A stretch of DNA of 63,423 nt, filler included, from Lenisia limosa (lineage: Eukaryota; Protista; Breviatea): assembly GCA_001655205.1 (NCBI GenBank). It is 10 parts of 10 records of this genome, joined end to end, with 100 filler letters (N's around TTAATTAATTAA, not from the genome) between each part and the next. Parts side by side here need not be neighbours in the genome. Positions count along the whole stretch, not along the records: positions 20,878 to 34,973 come from LPNZ01006316.1; positions 35,074 to 44,113 come from LPNZ01005936.1; 8 more parts are not named here. One strand, written 5' to 3'. Within the stretch, counting starts at the first letter, position 1; each line of letters begins with the position of its first letter. The notes beneath the pieces were generated by a model. That model did no database searches and was not told the DNA's origin. It saw only the letters and a program-made list of their open reading frames with translations. This document shows, in pieces, positions 25,001-35,090 of the stretch. The position numbers were made by a program, and so were the translations under genes.

Positions 25001-25760
25001 TCAATCAGCATAAATACACTAAAACATTCTTGTAAACAAGATCTTGCTCCAAAAAACGCCAGTTCTTCAATTCAAGGCAGTAAGAGGATCCAATGAGGAA
25101 AACCATCGTTTAACTTTGAAAGAAAAAAAAAAAAAAAATAATAATAATAATAAAAAATCACTTTACATTAGTTACATATTATGTAGAATCCTTTTTAAGT
25201 GGCAACAAAACCTGACTTCACCTTTTAGAAAGAACAGAAATGAAACACTATAACATAATTACGCATAAATTGAGAAACTGGCTCTGCTTCACTGAATGCT
25301 GTAGTAAGAGATGTTTTATATATCACAAATTTCGACCCTTTTGCTTGAGATCACTCAAAATATGAAATTTCTCATATTTCATCGTGTATCAGATGATAGC
25401 TCATATCCCCTCGACGCAGACCTCGGAGATATGGCATTCGGGATTTCTTGTTGTTTTGCAGGTTCCTCGGTTCTCACTCGGCTATGCCTCGTTCGTCCCT
25501 CAAAACCTCCCTAAAACAACCGCGGGTAAAAAAAAGAAGATAAATGTCATATTTTCTCATCATATTCATCATATATGACATTCCGATGACGTGTCACCTC
25601 ATATTATCCCCCTTTGTCCCCTTTATCACGTAAATGATGTTTTATGCTTCTAATAGTTGGATCAGAGCGACAAAATATGATTTTTCGCGAAGAAAAAAAA
25701 AAAGACACCAAAACGGAAAATATGACTCTCATTTTTCCGAGGGTATATGATTATAACCGA
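22050..25760. mobile_element. Cluster of decayed, mutually homologous TE fragments in direct and inverted orientation
   Basis: 22950-23100 is an inverted copy of 24718-24860; 23100-23260 is a direct copy of 24120-24260; 23375-23465 is an inverted copy of 25555-25630; gcctcgttcgtccctc occurs at ~22852, ~25487 and ~32191; any reading frame is broken by stops. Confidence 0.6.
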
Positions 25761-25929
25761 GAACAAAATTAAAACCGCGAACGTTTTCTTTCAATGATCA
25801 GGGGTAAAAACATATAGATACATGCAAAACACTACCTTCATATTGAATATTTTACATCAAAAACACAGAGTATGGACTAAGATCGCTCTATGGTAAAGAA
25901 AAGATGGTGTTTCCAGAATGATAAATGCC

Positions 25930-27090
25930 TTACTGGTGTGCATATGATATTTTACTTCAATTTGACGACTACTTCGTCCATTAGCTTCATTATATTGGCT
26001 CAACATTGAAAATTTGGAAAAAAAAACCCGTTACATAAGGTTCTTAATATCTTAAACCACTGTATTTTCTCCAGAAATGAATTTCAGATTCGAATTCTCT
26101 GAAAAATCTGCTATAGGGACACTTTCAAAGAGGGGGGTTTATTATTTTGTTAAAGGAAACTGGGTGACAACCCCAGCCCGGTTCGATTCTGATCAAAAGA
26201 TCATTATTTTTCAAATTGTTTATCTTTTCTTTTTTGCCAAAATTGCTTGCTGCTATTGATGATCCTGTATGGTAACTGGTGATTTTTTTCCCCCCTAAAA
26301 AGGGTGTTGAAAAGAGGGTGTTATTGAAGGGATTATTTGTTCTATTTGTAGCTTGCTCTTTGTTTCTCGCGGTTCTAAAAACCAACCAAATATCATATTT
26401 GATAGTCCCAATTTCTTGTTGGTTAATACGTTCATACATCGGAACCATCCTTGGAAATCCCTTCGGGAAACATTCAGTATAGTATATAAACAAAAAAATG
26501 TTCAAGAGAACCTACCTCCTCATATAGCAATAATAAAACCTAACAAACCTTGACCGAAGAACTAAAAAGAAGGGTGTTTCCATGTTCCTCGGTTCAAAGA
26601 GATCAGGATGATTACATACCTATAACAGTAAAGCTCAAATTGAATAGGTTGGTATTTAAAACCGCGAACATGAATAAAACCGCGAACAAGCCAAAAATCG
26701 ACATAAATCGCTTCAATAACACCCTTTTTAGTGTNNNNNNNNNNTCAAAAAAAAAAGAAATTTTGAGCAAAAAAAAAAGAGATAAAAAAAATCGAAAAAA
26801 AAAGATCTTTTGATCAGAGTCGAACCCAGCCGGGCCCAGTTTCCTTTACGCGAAAATATTTTTGAAACCCCCCTCTTTCAGAATAATAGCATTTTGAGCC
26901 TATTAAAGTGCCCCACTATAGAAACGCAGATTTTTAAGGAGAATTCGAATCTGACGTCCATTTTTGGAGAAAATGTAGTGGTTTTGAGGTATTTAAGTCA
27001 ACTTTTGTAACGGTTTTTTCAAGAATTTTCCTTGTTCAGTCTCTATAATAGAGCCAATGGACGAAATAGACGTCTGATTAAGGTATATAC
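25930..27090. repeat. Pair of ~440-bp inverted repeats (25930-26372 and 26655-27090) enclosing a SWR1 exon
   Basis: Reverse-complement matches include gagaattcgaatctga, cccagtttccttta, gatcttttgatcaga.tcgaacc, cttcaataacaccct and gccaatggacgaa.tag.cgtc. Confidence 0.8.
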
Positions 27091-30000
27091 TGCGTCAATA
27101 ACCCATTTACCGTTCTGGAATGGGGGGGGAGTTTTAACTATATATATGTATACTATATAGAATATCATTTTTGTAAAATCATCATATGATATCATTAAAT
27201 TTGTCGGTTTCTGGGAATGGATAGTGGAAGTACAGCATAAAATAAGATACCCAACTTTGAACACCACCTTAATCCAATCATTTTGTGTACATCACCAGCA
27301 TACATTTTTGCATTACTCGAAACCATTTAGGTTGCTAAGTAACATTTAATTTGAACAAAAAACAATACTCTGCAAACTGACTTTTATGACCAGTAAAGAA
27401 TTAAAAGTTTAACATTTCATAACTAAAGAAGTTTGTAAAAACTGACGATTGTTAGTAGAACTACTCTTCTTGTTCTTCTCAAAAAAGCAAAACATCCCAA
27501 GAAGTGCACGCCAACACCCTTCAGACCCGTGTTGGACCAAACAACACCAATGAAGCCTTCCTCCACTGCAATGCCAAACTGCCCCGCTTGCAAGTCTTGC
27601 TGTATCTCCATTGTAAGTTTTAAACAGAAATTCAACCTATTTTTGAGTAAATCCCTGTGCTTGTGTTTTCCTCAACTCTACTCCTTATTTTATTTCTCCA
27701 CTCTGTTATTTTCTGCTCTTCTGATGTTGTAGACTACTGTTGGAAGCGACAAGGATGCCGAGAACGAGGTCACGGAACTCCTCCCGTTATTGATCCCTAG
27801 ACTCCTCCCAGACCTTCAAGGAAGAGAGGTCCGTTATTGATCCCTAGACTCCTCCAAGACCTTCAAGGAAGAGAGGTCCTTGACTTGGCTCCACAATATG
27901 TGGGAAATCTCGTTTGGAAGCTTTAAGGTGGTTCAGTCTTTTTTCGCTTTTGGAAAATTAAAATAATAGTGTGTTAAGTAATTAAAATGAGCCTTCGGGA
28001 TAATTCCGCAGGGTAGTTTTTCGTAAAACAGCCCTGACATAGAAATTCTAAAAACGGGTGAAAATTCCCTGGAATGTGCCTAACCGAGGCTATCTGAGGC
28101 TAATACTACAATATATCGACGATGAGTAGGTGTTGGTTTTGCATTGTCACTTAAATTATTCAAATTCCTCATCGTGTTTAAACCCCAAAAAGGTGAAAAG
28201 CGAAGCCCAAAAACGTCTAAAATTAGAACAACCTCGGAAGTCGGGAAAATGGGCATTTTTACGTTTTTCTACTCGACGCTATTTCATACAAAAAATTACC
28301 CTGCGGAATTGTCCCGAAGGGTCTGTTTAATTACTTACATTTTTATTACTATTTTCCAAAACCAAAAAAAGGACTGCACCACCTTAAGGACACCAATAAA
28401 TGCCGCTATACTTGTTCCTCATCACTGCTAATCACGGTCACGCTGTTGTTTGTATTTTTTTACCTTTATTAAAACCTCAGCCATCATACTAAGAACCACG
28501 TTGAGACCCCCCAACCTCCGCAAGGCTCTTATGAAGTAGACCTTCCATTGCGTCCTCTCGGGCTGCCTTCAATGATTTTCGGTTTCAATCAAAGGGGACT
28601 CTTATTGTTGCCTCCAGAGAAGACTTTCAACCGCAATGTCTTCTCTAAGAACCGCGATATCATTTACAAGTCCGTAATGAAGGTACCGATTAGCAAATAG
28701 AAAAATTAATAATATTCATAGGAATGGGAGAATAAAAAGTTCGATTTCCACAAGTCCTTTCCCACTGGTGAGAAGATTTGGGTCCCGCTGGTCCAAGGTT
28801 TGTTTTTAGAAATAGTAGATATGGTTGGAATTCAACCGATTCCCTCACATTTCTTTGCAATCGTAGTAAAATCGTCGATTTTGCCATCCTCCACCGTGAT
28901 ACCCCCTCCAAGTCCAAGTCCAAGTCCAAGGCCGGTGTTGAAACTCTGAACGTCTTTGCCAAGGCCCCTGATCCCATCGGCTCGGCTATCTGCCTTAAGG
29001 CTACAAGAATCTGGAATCAGCATTGAAGAACAGGAACGAGGGCAATAGAGGGCGATTTCATTTTATTATTGTTGTTGTTGACCAAACCCAACTTTTTTAC
29101 AGATTCACGACAATGACGTACATTGAGGCCGTATTGCCATATTCCCTCGGAAACGCAAACATATACACATAGGAATTGGAACGTCATTTTTTCCTGTGGA
29201 TTTCATTATTTTTTTCATATTCTTCGAAGCATTATTTCTCAAAACTTCGTTTTGAAAGTACAGTTCAGCTAGCTAACTCAAGCTCCTTTCGGGACTAGGG
29301 GGATAGTGGGAGTAAGAAGGGGGGGGGGGGAAGAAGCCGAGNNNNNNNNNNNNNNNNNNNNNNNNNNNNNNNNNNNNNNNNNNNNNNNNNNNNNNNNNNN
29401 NNNNNNNNNNNNNNNNNNNNNNNNNNNNNNNNNNNNNNNNNNNNNNCGAATGCCATGATGTAATATCATATACTCTATGGAATATTAGAAATGTCATATT
29501 ATAAGTAATCTCAAGCAAAAAAAGGTCAAAATTCCTCATAAATTTTTATTTTTTTTTTACTCCTAAATCCAGTGAAGCAGAGCCAAGAAGACGTCCAGTG
29601 AAGCGTTTTGCTCAATTAATGCGTAATTATGTAAGAGTGTTTCTTATCTGTTCTTTCTAAAAGGTGAACTCAGGTTTTGTTGCCACTTAAAAAGGTTTCT
29701 ACATAATTTAACGAAAGCGATGCAGTATTTATACAGTGGCGGGCNNNNNNNNNNNNNNNNNNNNNNNNNNNNNNNNNNNNNNNNNNNNNNNNNNNNNNNN
29801 NNNNNNNNNNNNNNNNNNNNNNNNNNNNNNNNNNNNNNNNNGTGAAAAACCCCAAAACGGTTTATGGGTTATATGTAAGATTTTTTGGGGGAAATTTCTA
29901 ATTTGTGAATATTTTTGAATGAACTGAACTGAAAATACCAAGTTACCTTTTAAAATGCTTTTTTTTTTTAATCTCTCCACCTTTTTTACACGTTATACTA

Positions 30001-33000
30001 TGGGTAGAGGTAAAGAAATTTCACCCGAAATTAGAGGCCAAATAGAAATGTTGCACAGGGTTCTCTAACTCCAAGATTAAAACCTGGATCACACAAGATC
30101 TTCCAACAGGATCTATTGCCACAATTGTCAGCAAGTTGAAGATTAAAGGAACTATTAAAGTTGAGAAGTGGAAGGCCACGTGCTTTGACGAAGTCCAACG
30201 AACTGCACCTCCGATAGATTCGAGAATCTGCCAAGCTCCCTATGTCAGTCCATGCTGCTGTTGTATCCCAGAAACTTGGTAAGACCGTCTCGCGTTATAC
30301 TCTTCGTCGTGTTGCTAAGAAATATGGTTACATTGTCGAAGGGTCAGAAAGAAGCCTAATTATCTTCTTGAATAGTTTTGTTCATATTTGTTAATTAGGG
30401 TTGCCCAATCCCCCGATTTAAATCCAATTGAGCATGTTTGGGAAATTCTGAACAGAAGAGTAAGGGCACGNNNNNNNNNNTGTACAAGGTCAAACTTTCC
30501 GGTTAATTGCCATTTATTCCTTGAATGTAGCCAATATCACGGTTTTGGTTGTTTGTGGCAGTTTAAGGGCCGCAAACGGGTAGCCAAGTGACATAATTTG
30601 GGTTTGAGCCAAGAATATGTAAAAACTGCATTCTATCCTGTGATTATGACTGAAATTACTTTCGAAAATAACGGGGAAATGAAGTTTGTAGTACTTTTAT
30701 TAGGGAAATGAAGTTTATAGTACTGTTATAGGGAAAATTCAAGCTGTCCGGGGGAGTTTTGATGTGTCCAGAGATTTTGAATGATGTCCGGAGCTTTGAC
30801 TATTATTTTTATTTTATTTTTTTCAGTGAAATGGCAAAATTTTTAAAGTGAAGTTCAGCTTAACTCATGATCCTTTCGGGACAAAGGAGATAGTGGGAGT
30901 AAGAAGGGGGGGGGGGGGANNNNNNNNNNNNNNNNNNNNNNNNNNNNNNNNNNNNNNNNNNNNNNNNNNNNNNNNNNNNNNNNNNNNNNNNNNNNNNNNN
31001 NNNNNNNNNNNNNNNNNNNNNNNNNNNNTATGAATATGATAAAATATGATACAATCCACAGGAAAAATATGATGATTTCATTGTGATTGTACTATATTTT
31101 CTTTCCCATTGTCACTTTAGAAAGAAAATCTATCTTAAGAACACCAAAAAAAAAGGAAAGGAGAGTAGTTGGCTTTGGGGAATGGGGATAAAAAAAGGAA
31201 GAAATCTTCAGATAACTTCCAAATGAGACGCAAGAGAGGCATAGGACAGGGGGGATGAAGATCAGTTTAGGGATCAGATCAATGATGGAAGCAGTGAGAT
31301 GCAAAAACTGCTTGAATGCAGTGTTCAACTTCTTCAAATGCTCTAAATGATCATAACACATGCAGAGCAACCAGAACAAGAGGAAAGGAGATCATTCAGA
31401 AGATCAGGAATTTTCAAATGCTCTTAATGATCATAACACATGTAGAGCGGAGTAGGAAGCAACCAGAAGAAAAGGAAAGGAGATCATTCAGAAGATCAGG
31501 AATTTAGACGAAAAGCAAGTCATTTTAAGAAAGAAAGTAACCTAATAGAGTTATAAAGAAGGTCAGAGGCATCAACATGCTTCATCAGGTGGTTGAAGAG
31601 CTTTCAAAATCTATTGATTTTGCTTCACGTAGACTTAAATCGTGAAGAGAACTTCTCAGCAGCTTCCGTGGAGAGAAGAGAAGTCAGGAGTTCATGGGAG
31701 ACAAACCACTCCTCATTTAAGTTAGTTGGCATCCTAATTGAGGCAAAAAGAACGACAGAAGCTCTACAAACCAGCAATCAGCATCCAAAATCCTTCAATT
31801 CTCACTTTTGAGAGAAGTGTGTATTTAAAAGCTAATAATAGCCAAAAACAGAAGCAACAAAAAAGGCAAACGAGAAAAAAAATCTTGATAATTAAATTGA
31901 ACTGAGGTTATATTTCAATGTTTTGTTGCAAACGGATCACCTTAAGATCATGTTTTGATAAACCGGCTAAAGCATCCTCTCCGTTATCTTTCGCCTTTTA
32001 AAGTGTAAGGACTTTCTTTTGCAAGACAATTTTGGGCCAATATGATAAAATCTCTGTAAAAAATGTCGTTTCCAATCATTCCCCTCATGTGTATGATTGC
32101 TCATATCTACTCGTCGCAGCCCTCGAGGATACTCGTTAATATTTTTATTTGATTATTTGCGGATGTTCCTCGGGACTCTCTTAACTAAAGCCTCGTTCGT
32201 CCCTCTGAACATCCTGTAATAATCAATTATATTCACCGAGCATATCCACCCGTGGAATATGTACATATCATACATGACGATGACCCTAAATTGCGATTGA
32301 TAATCTCCAAATCTCCATTGGAGATTTAGACAACAATTTTCCGCATATCTCATAATAATTGGTCAAAATTTCATCAATCAGGTAATAGAAAAAAAAAAAG
32401 GAGGTGAGGGGGGTTCAACGTACAACAATACCTTTCTCAATTGCATCAAAACATTTTTCACATCTAAATATGAGCCACCATTCAGAAATTTCAAAGTTAT
32501 TTTATAAAAAAAACTTGAGTTGATGAGAGCCCTAAAAACTCATTATACAAAACAAGTTGCCTCCTTGAAAGAGGTACATTTAAAACACTCTCTGTTTTTA
32601 AGGGAAGTTCTGACTCAACATCCGATTTTAATCTTCTTAGCACAAAAGGTCTAAGGATACTATGGAGTTTAGACAAAATGCTATCACATTCATTCACAAA
32701 ATTAGTATAAAAAGAAACCAGAATCACCCTCGACAAGAGAGGTGAGAGGATGAGAAAAAAAAGCACCAAAGGCTCCTTGAGAATCAAAAATATGAGGTAA
32801 AAGAAAGTGCAATAATGACCACAGTTCGAGTAAAGAGTTCTATGAAAAAAAAAAAAAAGGTAACTTGAAGAGGAGTACCTGTTAAAAGCAATCTTCTCAG
32901 AGCAGGAAACGAAACTAAAGTTTTCCACCTTTGTGAAGAAGAATTTTTGAGTTGGTGGGCTTCATCTAAAATGTAATACTTCCATTTCTAATTAAAACTC

Positions 33001-33464
33001 ATCAAGGTTACCTTTTTTTTCAAAAACTGATGATCTTGCACAGCAACTGTATATGATGTGATACAAATATGAAAAGCATTTGACTTCATGAAAGACAACC
33101 GTTTCATTTGCCTCTCTTTTGAACTCCCATAATAACCAAGCACTTTGAACATTGGGCACCATTTTTTTAATTCCAGCTCCCAATTGACAAGTACAGAGGT
33201 AGGAGCCACAATTAAATGCGGTCCCCATAATTTTTCTTTCATAACCAAATGACTTAGGAGTGCAATAGTTTGAATTGTTTTACCTAGCCCCATTTCATCC
33301 GCAAGAATTCCATTTCTTTTCTAATATTTTTTTTAAAAAAAAACTTTTGAATACAAAGATATTAACCAGACTAAACCATCATGTTGGTAGGGTCGGAGCC
33401 GCCCGAAAAAACGATTGCTTGAAAGAAAAGGAGCTGGCACTAGAACCTTTGAGCAAAAAGACAT
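26540..33464 (-). CDS. SWR1: SWR1/SRCAP-type Snf2 chromatin-remodelling ATPase (N-terminal ATPase lobe recovered; HSA and HELICc exons not found)
   Basis: [18 protein letters not shown]|[25 protein letters not shown]...[25 protein letters not shown]...|[15 protein letters not shown]...[11 protein letters not shown]|[15 protein letters not shown]...|[18 protein letters not shown]...|LMQLRK|[11 protein letters not shown] (last exon begins 26619). Introns are 24, 24, 25, 22, 23 and 5812 nt. A further possible exon (LGFCVTPPAIS) lies near 21600. Confidence 0.9.
27460..29026 (+). CDS. Hypothetical multi-exon gene nested antisense inside the giant SWR1 intron
   Basis: GC-richer exon-like blocks with GT/AG borders at ~27460-27612, 27732-27928, ~28486-28682, ~28755-28797 and ~28866-29026 ([52 protein letters not shown]). 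The exact splicing model is ambiguous. Confidence 0.55.
27979..28333. mobile_element. ~355-bp TIR element (family M4) with TTAA/AATT-type flanks, in an intron of the nested gene
   Basis: taattaaaatgagccttcgggataattccgcagggtagttttt versus the reverse complement of aaaaaattaccctgcggaattgtcccgaagggtctgtttaatta. Confidence 0.75.
29732..30470 (+). pseudogene. Tc1/mariner transposase relic (frameshifted, internally deleted) with left end TA-CAGTG at 29732
   Basis: [19 protein letters not shown] (from 30000), [10 protein letters not shown]..., [21 protein letters not shown], then directly [21 protein letters not shown] (Tc1 DD34E third-residue motif); most of the catalytic core is deleted. Confidence 0.9.
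30481..30802. mobile_element. Partial copy (right half and TIR) of family M3
   Basis: ttgccatttattccttgaatgt as at ~6405-6430; ttcaagctgtccggg...gatgtccggagctttgacta as at 6624-6684. Confidence 0.8.
31320..31505 (+). repeat. Imperfect ~100-bp tandem duplication
   Basis: ttcaaatgctct.aatgatcataacacatg...gcaaccagaa...aggaaaggagatcattcagaagatcaggaattt occurs twice. Confidence 0.85.
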
Positions 33465-33789
33465 GCAAATCACCAAAAATATCAACGATATGTTTCAAAA
33501 AAACACCTCACCAATGACATTTCAAAAATCACCTCAAATAGGATGAAAAAAAGAACCCCTTGGTGGTTGTGAGCACATATTTCATATTTATATACGATAT
33601 GTATATAGTTTTACTTCTGTCGATTTATGATAACCCTTAATAGTTCAAATTTATATATTTTTGCAATATTTCATTTTCACCCTTTTTATTACTCCTGTAG
33701 AGCAGGTAACAAAGTCAGGATAATGTCTTTGATTTCATTTTTTCTTCTGTTTTTGAATCACCCCATTTTAAAACCTTGACTAGACCACT

Positions 33790-34720
33790 TTCATGTTCCT
33801 CAAGGACAATATTAGATTATTGCCCATGTCACCAGACCCCGCAAAAACGACGCTAAGGACACTGCGCATGTCGCTCCTACCAAACTTGCCTCCAAAGCTC
33901 TTGATGCCCTAGGTGCTGATCACTGTTTCATCGAACGTCAAGTTTGGCTTAAGATCAAAACGCTTTCGTAAGCAAGTGTATTTGTAATACACATTGTGTT
34001 AACTGAAAATTGTGTAGAATACAGAAGATTCTCATTGTTTGTTTTATAAAAACTGATGATTAACAGATTTAGCAGCACGATAACGACTTTGATTCCTCTG
34101 CTCACGTTGACAGCATTGACTTTAACCTTGTGAATCCAACATGGCGCCAAGAACATCAAGAAGTCTGTGGCACTGCTCCTCAATGGCATTGACGTCAAGG
34201 GTAAGAGTATTTGGGAAAAAAAAACAGAAAAAAGGCTGTCTGTAGTATCTTGAATGGTGATTGTAATCTGATTTGCGGAGGTGGTCTCGTCAGCTGACTT
34301 ACACTCTTGCCAAATAAAGCAGCCTTGACTGGGGTACCGGAGAGACAAATAGAGGTGATGATGCAGTGTCGTTTGGTCCTTCAAGGTGACAACAAAAACA
34401 AAATGGGAACATGTTCAAAAAACTCTATCAAAATGCTTCATCATTGGTGATAGGCAAGGTGAAGTCTCTGGTAGAAGTTGAGGTTCTGAGTGTGGAGATC
34501 CTTCTTAAAGGAAACTCGACGGCGGCATTTCGGGTGGATTGACTGTCAAGAGAAGTGAGAACTGGGGTGAAACTGTTCTCAATTTCTTTCTGATCATGTA
34601 AGAAAACAAAGAAACTGGAAAGACCTTACCATTTGCGCCAAAAACTCAGCCTCTGCAGGATTCGATCTGACAAACTGATGGAAGGCTCTCAAGGTTATTT
34701 TAATGATGAGAAAAGATTAC
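33790..34720. CDS. Unresolved coding-like exons (a + strand chain at 33790-34250 and a - strand chain at 34230-34720)
   Basis: + strand: IIAHVTRPRKNDAKDTAHVAPTKLASKALDAL...QHDNDFDSSAHVDSIDFNL|NIKKSVALLLNGIDVK with a 22-nt GT-AG intron; - strand: LRAFHQFVRSNPAEAEFLAQM|KEIENSFTPVL; no family recognised. Confidence 0.35.
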
Positions 34721-34973
34721 AATTGCGAACTCAATGCTATATCCCTGCCCATTTACGATCTTTCATGAACATTCCCTATCTAAATACAAGGGATTACCGA
34801 AAAGCAGTCTTTGAATTTCTTAGCTGCTGTTCCGTCTTTTAACTTGAATTGTTTCACTCATTACTACGACAAAAAAAGAGAAGAAAAAAAAACGGTATTA
34901 TATTATGTATCGTATATCATTTGCGGCCGTTCAAAATTCTGGTTTTTTTCGCTAATTCTGGTGTTTTCTTGTT

Positions 34974-35073
34974 NNNNNNNNNNNNNNNNNNNNNNNNNNN
35001 NNNNNNNNNNNNNNNNNTTAATTAATTAANNNNNNNNNNNNNNNNNNNNNNNNNNNNNNNNNNNNNNNNNNNN
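34974..35073. other. Artificial contig linker 4
   Basis: 44N-TTAATTAATTAA(35018-35029)-44N. Confidence 0.97.
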
Positions 35074-35090
35074 CACTGATCACTTTTCAG

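Noticed and set aside
24676-25020. Protein-like frame with many TAA/TGA, suggesting stop-codon reassignment
   Set aside because: Conserved genes have no in-frame stops once spliced and end in TAA (BRF1, 51870 gene) or TAG (rhomboid, SH3); this stretch is a decayed repeat.
27520-27900. Nested gene as a Merlin/IS1595 transposase ([16 protein letters not shown]) or a SAM methyltransferase ([10 protein letters not shown])
   Set aside because: The two hints are in different frames, and neither the DDE catalytic motifs nor a GxGxG motif follow.
30481-30484. TGTA after the 10-N gap as the right Tc1 end (CACTG-TA)
   Set aside because: It aligns with the internal sequence of family M3 (cf. ~6377-6400), so it is not evidence of a Tc1 TIR.
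34630-34700. FVRSNPAEAEFLAQMKEIENSF resembling the N-terminus of NADP glutamate dehydrogenase
   Set aside because: Downstream sequence lacks the following GDH motifs; similarity is too short to support.
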